The notes beneath the pieces are model-generated. The model saw only the letters and a list, made by a program, of their open reading frames with translations, was not told where the DNA came from and ran no database searches. Shown here in pieces: positions 38,647 through 51,239 of a DNA stretch of 64,000 bases (positions are counted from its first letter, which is position 1; every line of letters begins with the position of its first letter). The translations under genes were made by a program, and so were the position numbers. The stretch covers positions 101,682,001 to 101,746,000 of the forward strand of contig NC_087436.1 in NCBI RefSeq assembly GCF_036321535.1, in the 5' to 3' direction. The stretch is from Camelus dromedarius (Eukaryota).

Positions 38647-39337
38647 GGAGAGATGTCAGCATCATGGCAGTAAGAGATGTTTCTATTCCTCTCCCCTTCA
38701 ATCTACAACTAGTAAAACATCCATAATTCAACAAAAGTTCTGTGGCCAAACGTAACAGGATACTGGAGAGATTCACACATCTGAAGGTGGGTGGATGGTA
38801 TACATAAAGAGCTGGAACCAGGAAATAAACCCACACAGATTTGGATAGCTAATTTACAATGAAGGAGTCAAGACATACAATGGAGAAGGGATAATGTCTT
38901 TAATAAATGGTGTTGGGAAAACTGGACATCCGTGTTCAAACTAATGTCTCACATCACTATCTTACATCATACACAAAAATTAACTCAAAGTTGCTTAAAG
39001 ACTTGAAGATCAGAAGCCATAAGACTCCTAGAAGAAAACATAGGCTCTTTGACATTGGTCTTAGCAATATCTTTTGGCCTATGTCTCCTCAGGAAAGGGA
39101 AACAGAAGCAAATATAAACAAATAAACCAATGGGACTGCATCAAACAAAAAATCTTCCATCCAGCAAAGGATGTCATCTTCAAAATGAAAAGAAACCTGT
39201 TGAATGGGAGAAGATACTTGCAAGTCATATATTCAATGAGGGGTTAAGTTCCAAAATACATAAAGAACTCATACAACTCAAAAACAAACAAGCAAACAAC
39301 CTGATTAAAAAATGGGCAGAGAATCTGAATAGACATA
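38647..39337 (+). mobile_element. L1: probable 5'UTR fragment joined to ORF2 3' region
   Basis: About 38806-39337 is clear ORF2 (ttaataaatggtgttgggaaaactgg...aaaaaatgggcagagaatctgaatagacat). 38647-38795 (gatgtcagcatcatggcag...) resembles an L1 5' end from memory. Confidence 0.75.
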
Positions 39338-39479
39338 GATCTAAACTGACTCTAAATAGCGTATTGCTATCATATGCTGTTTTGACATAATGAGTGTAAT
39401 TGATGTCTCCTGGAAACTCACATATTACAAAACTTTAACTTTTGGGTTTTGATATTCCCTATAGAATTCCTGTGTATGT

Positions 39480-39590
39480 TTGTGGGAAGAGATTGTTTGT
39501 TTAATCATCTTTATAAAGTGCCTAATGCTGCCCTGGCTTATGGGAGGCAATGGATTATGTATCCATTAATGCATGAATGATTAAATTAAT
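39480..39590 (+). mobile_element. L2 3' end fragment
   Basis: agtgcctaatgctgccctggcttatgggagg...aatgcatgaatga. Confidence 0.45.
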
Positions 39591-42500
39591 TAATGTAAAG
39601 AACAACAACAAAAAATGTGTATCTCCAGGAAAAAAGAAAACGACTGAATTTCTTCCCTCCCAAATATTTCCTTCCACTACTCTTTAATTTCAAACCCAGT
39701 TAGGCACAAGACTATGAAGTTGTTTAGGTGCAAGCAACAGATAGAGAGTAATTAAAGGAGCATCATATTTAGATGAGGAAGCACCAATAATGGGTGGAGG
39801 AAAGAAACACAGATTCACAATCATGAGGGGTTAACAGATCATGAAACACAGGAAGCCATTTCTCAGGTAAATCAGAAGAAGGATATGTGAGAACTTCTTT
39901 CTTCCTCAAGGAATCATATATGACAGGAGGGGATGATCAAACTTAGAAAATTTAAGATTTGTTTTATATTTTTGTATATCCAGACATAATCTGAAGATTT
40001 CTATTACTTTGTGTTAAAACAATGAAGTGTGTCTTGGTCTCTTCAGAATATGGTATTTTTATGACCATAGTCAATGGATGACCGTGCTATTCTTGGCTTC
40101 ATAGTACCAGTTTCATAAAAGAGTTTCAAAGCTTGGTACCAGGGCTATATTGAGAGGAAAAAATCCTTTCAATTCAGGATTATGGTAAAGATTTTAGTGA
40201 GTTTCATGTGGATTAAATAAAGTAGCAAAAGTATTTCCACCCCCCTTTTCCTTTTCTCCTCTCTTAATGAGAGGGAGATACACTTTCAGCTCTCACAGGT
40301 ACCCAGATCCTCATCCCGACCTAGCATGACCAAGACACTAGACCATCTTCTCTAAATGATACTGCACAATGCTATCTCTGCTCATGTAATAATCCTCTAG
40401 AGGCCTGGCCTTCATCTAGCTTTGATTCTGGAGTAACTATGATAATGAAATGAATACATTGTATTCTTATTCATTAATTGCTTAATGTATAAACTTCCAA
40501 AAGTCAGTACCTGTCAGTACAGTCAAAACCTGAAGGTTGACAGAGAATCTAATCTTCAACCAATGGTAACAGAAAACCCAAAATGGTGGAATTGGTTCCA
40601 CTATTTCCTGATGCTGCAGAAGGGCACGTATTTTGTATAGTTTGCTCTTTCTTTTCACCTTCAAGACCCTTTTTGCAAGTAACTGACTATTACATAAATC
40701 TAAACCTCTCTTTTAATCCAGGGCAGCCAGATCTGTTTCATCCTGTCAAAAGTTTTGTTATCTCTTCACTGAAATAAATTATAAACACACCTACCATGGC
40801 TTGCATTTACTTCTTAGCTAGAGCTGTAATACCTAATTATGTTATGGAAGGACACTGCTCATTTTATAAGCACACAGAAATGAACAAGTCCTTGTTCTAA
40901 TGCTTTCTACAAAAGAAGCAGATGCACTGAAAAAAGGCAATAGACAGTTCACTTCAATAAAAATATCATCAGAGAGCCAAGGGTTTTAATGGAACATTCA
41001 ACCTGCTCTGATAAACAAATGTTGTCAAATCAAATATGTAATTTAATAGAAATATGATAGCAAAGACCAACTGCCAAATGATTCTTGAAAGGAAAATTTC
41101 TTGACATTTAGGAAAGTGCAGTTTTTGGAAGTCACTCGTCATGTAGTCACATATTCATTTTTAAGGTAATCACTAGTAAATTACAGTGACCTTGGCTTTC
41201 ATCAGGTTCTGTTCTTTTCTATAATTGATCACTGCTTCTTTCAGTATGTGCAGAGCTGAACTCTTTATGTATGCAGTCCTTGAATATATAATTCCAGGGG
41301 CAGTCAAGGGATAAAAGTGGATTCTGATATAAACATTTTTAAAAGATTCACTTATTGCAAATATACTACATAAGTGTCCAAGGCATTATGGAAATAATAT
41401 ATTTTCCATAAATCAGGTTCAATAGCTATGTAAATCTGTATGTATATATATAAGAGACATGATTGCTAAATCAGGTGGCCCATGTCCTAAAGCATTTGAA
41501 ATATAAGAAGGATACTCTTTTCAAAAACAGTGTTTAACCGCTTTTATTTCATTACTTTTCTATATGAAATATCAGAGTTGGGCATGTGTAAAGAAGAGAA
41601 AACAATGGGACTTGTTAAAAATATTGGAGATACTGGATAAATGAGTAAACAAAGTGTGTTCCTATAGATACACAGGAAACTTCTTTATACAAAATCACAT
41701 AAGCTCTGCTGGAAAATGTAAAGCTCAACATAACTTCCAATATAAGTGATTTTTATTAAAGTTTATTTCTGACTTTTTTTTCTAATTCAGGACATAGCAC
41801 AACTCCCTACTAAAATGAAGGTAAATCAGAAGTTTATTGTTCAGAGACATTCAGCTCTTGTTTCCTCTGCTGACACCATCAATATGAATAATGACAAGAT
41901 CAGTGATGAGGGAATTTTTGTGATGCAAATGTCTCCACAGGGAGAGGACTATAGTCATCAGGAGTTTATTTCACAATTCAGCTTCTTTCTCTAGCAAGCC
42001 CTTATAATGAGATCACCTGTACCCTTTCTCTAGACTGGAGAGTGAAATTCCAGTGGATCGCAGCATGACTGATTCAGGTCCTTCAGCCATCCATCTTCAA
42101 TGCCTACGGACTCCAGATCCACGCAGAGATTTACATCTCTTATTGTGATGCTCAAAATGAGCAGGACCACTCCACTGTGGTTTAGTTCATTTTAAGAGTG
42201 TGGAAAATCTGCCAGTTTCTGTTTGTAGCCAAAAATATAGGTCACATTTCAATACAGTTATATTCACTTCCTAATAATCTATTGTCTTTTTACAAGAATG
42301 CAATTATTTCTTCAATTAATTTTACTGTACCCTCCTCCGACCTGCTCCCTCCTTCTTAATCTTTTCATTAGAGCTAATCACTACCACATTATTTCATAGC
42401 TGTTAATAAACGATAGTTTTCTCAACTAGATTGTGATCTCTTTGAGGCCTGGGGCCTGAAAGATCTTTAGGACTGGCAAGATCTACAAGACAGGCCATGT

Positions 42501-42795
42501 GTTTGGGATATAGCATATGTACAATAAATCACCCCCCACAAAAAGTAATATGTATCCATATGAATAGATACAGGTCCTTCTTTTCCTGTTGGGCTTAAAT
42601 CTATGCTTATATATGTGTTTAGTCTTTAAGCTAAACAAACACTCGGTTAACATTCTGTGCATTGATTGAAGCATTGGGCAGGTGGTGAGGACCTGTATTT
42701 TTATTAAACAATTTAGTAATTAAAAAAAGATAATATGTATCAAATGTATCAAGATGCCATTTATTAAAAACCATTTGTTAAAAATGGCTCTTCCC

Positions 42796-42982
42796 TAGAT
42801 AAACAACAAGGGTTTACTGTCTAGCACAGGGAACTATCTTCAACGTCTTGTAATAACCTATAATGGAAAAGAATCAAAGATAGGAATATAGATAATATAC
42901 ATATATGTGTATAACTGAATCACTTTGTTGTACAACTGAAACTAACACAATATTGTAAATCAACAATACTTCAATTAAAAAA
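42796..42982 (+). mobile_element. Short artiodactyl-type L1 3' end
   Basis: tagataaacaacaaggg...gtataactgaatcactttgttgtacaactgaaactaacacaatattgtaaatcaac, then poly-A. Imperfect TSD aaaatggctcttccc / aaaaaggctttcccc. Confidence 0.88.
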
Positions 42983-43066
42983 AAAAGGCTTTCCCCTGTA
43001 TTATTTTCTGTGACTAATACATAACAGAAGAATTAATTCTGGTAATCTTTGCTGATGTTCATGAAT

Positions 43067-43696
43067 TGTTATTGACGTGAACTTGGATCTGCTCACTCAC
43101 CATGCAGCAGAGCCAATCTATTGATACTGGGCTGAAGGAAAGCATAGCATTTATTTCAGGGTGCCAAGCAAGGAGAAGGTGCAGTTAATGCTCAAAAGAC
43201 CCAAACTCCAAGATGGCTTTCAGGGGAGGGTTTCTAAAGGCAACGTTTGGGATAAGGGTTGCAGCTCCTGGACTTTCTTCTGATTGATTGGTGGTGAGAT
43301 AACAGGGTGATGTTTCAGGAATCTGAATCATCAATCTTCTGGTTCCAACGAGTCTGGGGTCTATGTGCTTGTGGTCAGCAACATCCTTCGCCTGGGTGGG
43401 TGGGGGACCCTTAGCTTCTGCAGAACAACTCAGTGATGTGCCTCAGGTTGCTCTGTATGTGCCCTGAAGAGGAGCTAGGACTCTGTTCTGTTACTGAACT
43501 ACTGTGCAAGCTAGCGTTCTTTTCTTGCTTGACTGTCTTTCCTTTGTTTCTACAATTCCTCATTTCCCTAGTTAATAGCTGCTTGAGTTTTTTCTTTGGG
43601 ACCTAAGGAAGCCCTAGGAGACTAAAGCCATTTTCTACAGATAAGAAATTGCGAACACAGAGGGGCTTTTGAAGACTGGAGGGCTTGGTTTTAACA
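43067..43696 (-). mobile_element. ERV1-class solo LTR (MER41/LTR39-group-like; family not fixed)
   Basis: Termini tgtta...taaca. Reverse-strand AATAAA near 43150 and CCAAT near 43285. Internal gctcaaaagacccaaactcc...gatggctttcagggg motif. Confidence 0.85.
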
Positions 43697-45094
43697 GGAC
43701 ATCTGAAAACAAAGCTTAAAGCAAATACCTAGAGAGAGAATGTTCAAGTGAAATTGATCACAGAGAACATGCTTGTAAAGCAATTTCTGGGACGAGAATT
43801 CTAGAGGACATACTTCAAGAAATGCTCACCTGAACACTTAATAGGAATGTTCTTTTAGATTGGAGTGCACGTACAATGAATCAAACGATCAGATGTTCAT
43901 TTACCTGTCACGTCATTATGAGAGATATATTCTTAAGTGTGTTTCTCTGTGGATAATATACACACATGCATACACACACATAAAATAGAGAAATGGCTTT
44001 ACTAACATCATTAGGCGTGGTTTACACATGGCAATTTTCCGTGAAATTTCGGAAATCATCTGATTACTGTGGTCACCGCTTAAAGAACTATAATATTTGA
44101 TTATGAAGTATGTTTCAGAATTTATTTCAGGTACTAAATTTATCAGTTGGCTATGGCCTACCTTGTTTTTGCTTTTCTTTTCTCCTACACTTTCTTTTTC
44201 TTTTCCATATTTGAAAAAAATAAAAAGATTATTGCCAAGCATTCACTTTCTTTTTACTGATTAAGTAACATTCTGTTCTATTATTTGAAGGTGTTCTCAT
44301 CTCACCCAACCTCTCTCTTTTCCATATGCCTTATTTCTTCACTTTGTTCTGCAACAGTAAGTCTCCAGTAAACACATTATTCTCAGAAACAAGACTACAT
44401 CATCAGGGTTACTCGTGACAAACAGAAAACAAATGAACATACCCAAGCTTAAGCTCGATTAGATCCACAGGGAGAAATCAATGACATGGAAAAGAACAAA
44501 GTTACAGAGGAATGAGGTTGTATCTTCCAACTTGTGCACAAAGGAGCATGAAAAGAAAGCAAACGCTGGATTACAAGACCAAGTGGTTGCCAACACACGA
44601 AAAGTAAAACACAAAATGAAAGTAATTAACTGGATAATTGGAGCAAAACCAAACAATTTTGCCTCAATTAAATGGTTACTTCCCTTGAAAGTAATTTTGG
44701 ACTTGAGTTATCCTGAATGGTTTGATAAAATTATTCATAAATCTATTGCGGGAGCTGGAAGGGTACTTTATTGTCTCCAAGGGCCTCTCCGGAAATGAAA
44801 TGACATTATTTTTCAAACAGAGGAAATGACAGGCGGGAAACCTTGTCTATTACTGACCATATGGTTGTCATCTTAGTTACTTTATCCTTGGCCTGACTAT
44901 TTCTCAGTCTCCGCCACTATGCCTTCTACCCCTAGCAGTTTATCCTCTGCCCTTCCTATATTCATCTTTTGGGAAATCTGGAGATCTGGATATTCTCAGC
45001 AGAGTTCTGCAAAATTCAACTCAATTTTTTTTTTTTGTTATTTGAATTCTGTTTGTCCAACACATCTGGCCATCAGTAATAATGAGAAACAACA

Positions 45095-45305
45095 GTTATT
45101 GGTTTTTCTGCTCTGGACTAAATGCAATAAGCATAGCTCTAGTCCATACAGAAACAATCCAGATGATAATTATTATCGTAATTTTGCAGACAAAGAAATG
45201 GAGGCCCCCAATAACACAAATAACTTAACCTGACATCCCATGGTTAGGCTGAGATCAAGTTGGAACTAATTTCTAGTTTTGGTCTGACCCTAAATCCCAT
45301 GGCAT
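45095..45305 (-). mobile_element. MIR SINE
   Basis: attattatcgtaattttgcagacaaagaaatggaggccc...taacttaacctga...gtctgaccctaaatccc. Confidence 0.65.
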
Positions 45306-45494
45306 TTCTATTGATACTATTTTCATATAAGTTCTAGGATATCATTAAAAAAAATCTTGGCTTGATCTGTTTCTCATAAGAGCAGGTGTAGAAAATTGAA
45401 ACATTCATTTATTTGTAGGATCAATGGCCCTCAAACATTTTTTAACATGCTTGCATTAAAAATAAAAGAAGAACATTCCTCAATACATTTTTAT

Positions 45495-46058
45495 TTTCCT
45501 TCATGCAGGAGCCAGAGAGATCATTTAAAAAGGTAAATCAGATCGTGTCATTACCTCACCTGCTCAGAAGTTTCCAATGACCTATCACACACTGACTAAT
45601 ATCCAAAATCCCAGCCATGCCAGGAAACCTCTCATGTGCTGGCTCCTCTCCTTCCGGCTGGCTCCTCCTCCCATCTCCCAAGCCCACACCACCCCCATAT
45701 GATGTAGCACTTTTCTTTTCCTCAGACATGCCATGATATTTCATGTCAGAGGAACTTTTCCCATGGGTCACCCTTTTACTTCCTTCTGGCCTCTGCTGAA
45801 ACCTTACACTTGGTCCTAAAAAGTAGCATCTTTCTCAACATCCCTCCACCATGGTCTACCTGCTTTCTCTGCCTTATTAGTTCTCATTGCACTTATCACT
45901 AAAATTAAATTACATATGCAATCGTTTGCTTCCCTATTTTACAAAACCTTGACAGAAAGGAGGTGTTTTATGTGGTGGATCTTTGTCTGTCTCTTTTATC
46001 ACTGGCTCCCCAGAACCTAAAGTATGTCTCACACACAGTAATTGTTCGTAAATAGAAA
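45495..46058 (+). mobile_element. L2 3' region
   Basis: gccagagagatcatttaaaaaggtaaatcagatcgtgtcatt...ctttgtctgtctcttttatcactggctccccagaacctaaagtatgtctcacacacagta. Confidence 0.75.
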
Positions 46059-46342
46059 GCTGTCTTTCCTTGTATTAAGTATTAATGCAACAATGCCTTT
46101 TCTCTTATTTTTAGATAAAAATCCTGAACATTCTAATATTATTTTTAATACTCCCCATTGGATTATCCCATATTTCCATGGGAAAGGAACAATTTATTTT
46201 GGAGAACACTAACTTGCATTATTGAAATACAATAAGCTAGTAATGATGTCCTCTTTCTCGTTCAATTTGGAAACAATTGGCAAGTAAATTTAAGTCAACA
46301 GATGAAAATTCAACCATCACCTTTTTTTTTTCTTAATCCTAG

Positions 46343-46529
46343 AAAAGCTACACAGACAAGCCTGACTTGGATATGGCCAAATGGCTTGCTAAAGTTGCAC
46401 TCCGGAAATAGGCAGTCATATTCAGTCTGACACAGGCTGAGGTGGACCACAGAGGCTTCCCTATCAAGTAATGGGTATACAGTTTAGAAGATGGAGAAGG
46501 ACAGGAGAATAGACGCTTAACCTATGCAG
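46343..46529 (+). other. Candidate 187-nt non-coding exon or pseudo-exon
   Basis: Acceptor cttttttttttcttaatcctag| and donor CAG|GTAAGC. Stops in all frames. Confidence 0.2.
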
Positions 46530-47158
46530 GTAAGCTGATACCAAAGGTAAAGTAAAAAGAAAATTCTTGAGCCAGACACACCTTGACTTGACTCCAAACT
46601 TAGCAGTCAGGTAGACAATCCATTTTTTTCCTGCAGAGAAGTCAGTGAGGAGGTGGAAAGAGTCTAGTCTTGTAACTATGGTAGAACTCTTTCCACATGG
46701 AAACCTAAAGCCAAGGAAAGGAAATTCTTCTCCTATAATACTACACTGGTTTGTGTTTCCTTAATTAATTTGAATTGAGTATCAGGCTTCTGCTTAACCA
46801 GAGTTGTGGACACTGCTCGCGAGGAAGGAGCTCAGTGTTCCCTCAAGACGGTCCTCCCTCATTCCTAAGGCAGCAGCACGCACACCACCAACAGCCGCTC
46901 CTTTGTCGATACTTCTAGAAGGGCTGTTACTGTGTTCCCCACAAGCCTCTAAAGTTTGATCTGAAAATTCATTGGCTTTTTTATTTCCCACTCCAAGTCA
47001 AAGCTTGTTATGTTTCCCCAGCATAGATCCTCCAAGGCTATGCCGTTAGATTGAATGAGAGTATAAATATACTCTGATGACAATATTAGGAATTCCAGAT
47101 TTTAATATAAATCCTCCTCGATATCAAATTTCTAGGGGGAAATTTAAAAATTACGATG

Positions 47159-47521
47159 TGTATTAGCCTGCTAGTCTGCCACAACAGGATTTTATAGAAT
47201 GGGTGGCTTAAACAACAAACATTTATTTCCCCTTGTTCTGCAAGTTGAAAGTTCAAGACCAAAGTATTTACAAATTTGGTTTCTCCTGAGACTTCTCTCC
47301 TTGGCTTGCAGATGAATGCCTGTTCTTGGCCTGTTCTCTGTGCGCGCCCATCCCTGCTGTCTCCTCCTCTTCCTACAGGGACACCAGTCATATTGAATTA
47401 TGTCCTATAACCTAATTTATCCTTTAATACCTGCTTAAAAGCCCTCTCTCCAAATACAGCCACTTTGGGGGTTAGGGCTTCAATATATGAATTTCGAGGG
47501 GAACACAACTCAATCCAAGCA
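47159..47521 (-). mobile_element. MLT1A/B-type solo LTR
   Basis: tgtattagcctgctag...gggtggcttaaacaacaaacatttatttc...gggggttagggcttcaatatatgaatttcgaggggaacacaactcaatcc. Confidence 0.9.
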
Positions 47522-48520
47522 TAGTCCAAAAATTAACATACTTCATAAGTAAAAAGACCAGAATTTTTACATTTAAGTTATAAAGGTAAAAGAAAAAAAA
47601 CCCAAAACTTTCCAACTTCGTAAACTACTTTGTGGCAGGAGGCATTGTGAATTTCTGGATGAAGTCAAGGATCTTCTAGGAAATCGACTGAGTTGTATCT
47701 CACTGGGGAATGGTATACTTGGTTCAGGATTTTAGAATTTGTATTAATTCACCACCAAGGTGCAAAAAGCCAACACCTTACTAGAAAAATGTTACTACCC
47801 ACAACTGGCGGCAAATCTACCAAATATTTAGTATAAGTCAAATATTAGTTTTTGAAGAAGTTATCTAAGACAAAATGAGGTATATAGAAACCAACACTTA
47901 GTGTTTTCAGAGGAAAAGTTTAACAGAAACTGAAGGAGCAAGATAGGTAGTCAGAGAAATTGCTGATTTAATCTTTCCCAGAAAGTTATTCTATTGCTGA
48001 AAAGAAAGAAAGAAATTTACCCCCAGAGAGGTTAAATTGTGTCCAGTATGTACTCTGTGGTGGCTGGGGATGGGGAGAGAGGAAGTAGCCTGTTTCGATG
48101 ATCTCTGTGTACCTGTATTTCCTCTAATGGGGAACTTGATTTAAAGATTTTGTAAGATCCAGATAAAACACACGTGGCCAAGTACTTCTTGGGTAATGCT
48201 CTGTACTTTGTTACAACACCTCAAGAGGCTCGTATCAAGCTGTTTCACCATGAGCAATGCTAGGCTTAATCATTTAGTTAAAACAATGATGTCTAGTATT
48301 TGCATTTAAAAGTAAGCTTTCCTTTACAGTGAGGCATCATGTATTCATACCACTAACATACCCAGCCCACTTCTCTTAAAAAAAGTCCTACTAATTACAA
48401 ATTTGCTTATTAATTTTTTTACCTTTCTCATCAGCTATAGTCGCCTTGAAATTTCTTATTTTGTGTGTTTCTGCCTTATCATTCCCATTTTATTTTTGAT
48501 TTGATTACTTAGTACTGTGG

Positions 48521-49262
48521 TTTTTTTTGATTGAAGTGCAGTCAGTTACAATGTGTCAGTTTCTGGTGTACAGCACAATGACCCCATCATGCATATACAT
48601 ACATATTATTACTTTTCATATTCTTTTTTATTAAAGGTTATTATAATATGTTGAATATAGTTCCCTGTGCTATACAGAAGAAATTTTTAAAAATATATTT
48701 TTATATGTAGTGGCTAACATTTGCAAATCTCAAACTCTCAAATTTATCCCATCCCACCCCTTTTCTCCCTGCAACTATAAATTGTTTTCTATGTCTGCGA
48801 GTCTGTTTCTGTTTTGTAGATGAGTTCATTAGTGTCCTCTTTTTTACTATTTTTTTAGATTCTATATATGAGTGATATCATATGGTATTTTTCTTTCTCT
48901 TTCTGGATTACTTCACTTAGAATGACAATCTCTAGGTCCAATCCTTATTGCTACAAATGGCATTATTTTATTTTTTATGGCTGAGTAGTATTCCATTGTA
49001 TAAATATACCACAGCTGCTTTATTTAGTCATCTGTTGATGGACATTTAGGTTGTTTCCATGTCTTGGCTATTGTATATAGTGCTGCTGTGAACACTGGGG
49101 TGCATGTATCTTTTTGAATTAGAGTTCCCTCCAAATGTATATCTAGGAGTGGGATTGCTAGATCATATGGTAAGTCTATTTTTAGTTTTTTGAGGAATCT
49201 CCGTACTATTTTCCATAATGGCTGAACCAAACTACATTCCTACCAGCAGTGTCGGAGGGTTC
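48521..49262 (-). mobile_element. 5'-truncated camelid-type L1 (ORF2 end and 3'UTR)
   Basis: Poly-T, then ttgaagtgcagtcagttacaatgtgtcagtttctggtgtacagc. ORF 49024-49230 (QPLWK...PYDLAIPLL...WKQPKCPS) is the ORF2 C-terminus. Confidence 0.95.
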
Positions 49263-49269
49263 AGTGCTG

Positions 49270-49424
49270 AAACCTAAACTCAGAAATGGCATCCTCTCAC
49301 CTCTTGAATTCATTAGAATTGAATTAATAAATCTAGCCTCCACTCAAGGCAAGGAGATTATACAAAACTATGAATACTGGGAGGTGGGGGCCTTTGGGGA
49401 CTATCTGGGAGGTTATTTAACATA
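49270..49424 (-). mobile_element. MLT1 LTR fragment
   Basis: ctagcctccactcaaggcaaggagattatacaaaactatgaatactgggaggtgggggcctttgggg. Confidence 0.6.
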
Positions 49425-49906
49425 AGTGATTTGTCAGTTTATGTATGTCAGTTTATATGTATTTTTGACATTTTGCTTTTTATTTATTCTTATAGAGTAT
49501 TTTTGTTTTATAACTCACACATTTATTCTATATAATTTATTGCCTTCATTTTTCTATTGTTATTTTTTCCAAGCTTTTCAATTGGATATTTAATGAACAT
49601 TCTTTCATCTTTTATTTCTATGGATATGAATATTTAAAGATTTGAGGTCTATGCTTGCTGCTTTACTTTATCTCACATATGTTATCTTATATATTCTTAT
49701 GCATGGTATTTTCACTATCATCATTCTATAAAAAAATCTGCTTCCAGTAGAACTGTTTTTTGCACAACCCCCACCTGTCTCTGGTTTGTTACAGGCTTAC
49801 AAGGGTGTCTTTCTGGTATAGCATTTTTTTTTTTATCCTTTACTTGTAAAGTGAAAGTTGTAGAATTCTTTCTTTTTTTTTAAGTTATAATTGGGAAGTT
49901 TGGGTA

Positions 49907-50001
49907 GAGTGACCATATGTCCTATTTTGTCCTAGAAAGTCTTGGTTCATTATTGCTGTCACAGTGCAGTTATTCATAGCACCTCCTTTACTCTAATAAA
50001 G
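49907..50001. mobile_element. MER94-like hAT-Blackjack fragment
   Basis: agagtgaccatatgtcctattttgtcctagaaagtcttggtt...gttattcatagcacctcctttactcta resembles the MER94 terminus. Confidence 0.6.
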
Positions 50002-50334
50002 ATTTTCTTTATATCCAAGAGCATGCAATTATACCAACAGTGGATATTATTTGCCTCCTTGGGGGTGTGTGTGCGTGTGTGTATGTAAAGAGAGAGAGAG
50101 ATTCCAACTTATTGAGGTACCATTTTCCTATAGATATAAGGAAACCAAACATCTTTGAAAAGGATCAAACTGAAAAACTTTCAAGAAATCATTTTCTGGG
50201 TAACCTCTGATACTGTTTTAAAAAGCTTTAACTAAACTTAATTTAGACTGTCCTGATTGAATATTCTTTAGCACTAATGAGTTCTAACATAAGTGGGAGT
50301 GTAAGAGGGTGATTAAGTTCATCAGATGAGACTC

Positions 50335-50525
50335 ATAAAGACTTGGTTTTGAGGAGAACTGATACTGCCATTATCCCTGTGCCCTTTACAAGTTATTTCA
50401 ACTCTGAGAATTAGTTTCCTATGACATAAATGTATAATAATTTCATAAGGTTGCTGTGATAGCTAGGTGCCCAATATATAGCAGAAGATAGCAATTTGTA
50501 GTTATTAGTTTCAACTATTCATATT
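50335..50525 (+). mobile_element. MIR (degenerate)
   Basis: caagttatttcaactctgagaattagtttcctatgacataaatg...cataaggttgctgtga. Confidence 0.5.
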
Positions 50526-51239
50526 ATTGAATCAGAATTCTTTTTTGGAGTTTTTTGATTTGGAGATTTTGAAATATGATAGAAAGTAAATGCTTGTAAA
50601 TAGTTTTTCTTCTGTTTTAATGGTTGTCATGAAAATGTTTTCTGTATCTGTTCTCAAACAGAGACAGGTTCTTAGTCCTTTTCTGACATGTCCTTATTTG
50701 TTTCCTGTATATGAAAGAAGTAAAGAAAATATAGCTGGAGAGGAAACCATAAACAATAAGCTGAAATTTCTGAAACATGCATATATTTTTGCAAACAAAA
50801 CATGATTTTCAGTTGCTTCCTTGCTTTATACGTATGTGAAAGGTCACTGCAGGCAAACTAAAGCCCCCACTTGCCATGTCTTGTTCACGCTCTTTTTCCA
50901 TGGCCACAGTGTTAGTCTCACTGCACATCTTTAAAATGAATAATTTAATTCAACTTAATAAATAAATAAGAAAATGTAGAAACCGCTGAATAGTACTAAC
51001 TTAACTCACTGTACCAATAATAACAATGAAGCTTTGTTTACAAGGATACATTGATAACATGCTTCACACACACACAAAAATCACTAAAGAAGAAGGATTT
51101 TATTCAATAAAGTTTCTGGTAAATGGTAAATGAGGCAAAGATTTTTCTTCAGACTGTATGACAAAACTTGATTTTGATGAAGTTCTTTGTCAATCTAAGG
51201 AAGATGTAATACAAAAAACCAAATATTTATGACCTTCTA

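Noticed and set aside
49024..49230. ORF MVQPLWKIVRRFLKKLKIDLPYDLAIPLL...
   Set aside because: This is the C-terminus of L1 ORF2 in a 5'-truncated copy, not a host gene.
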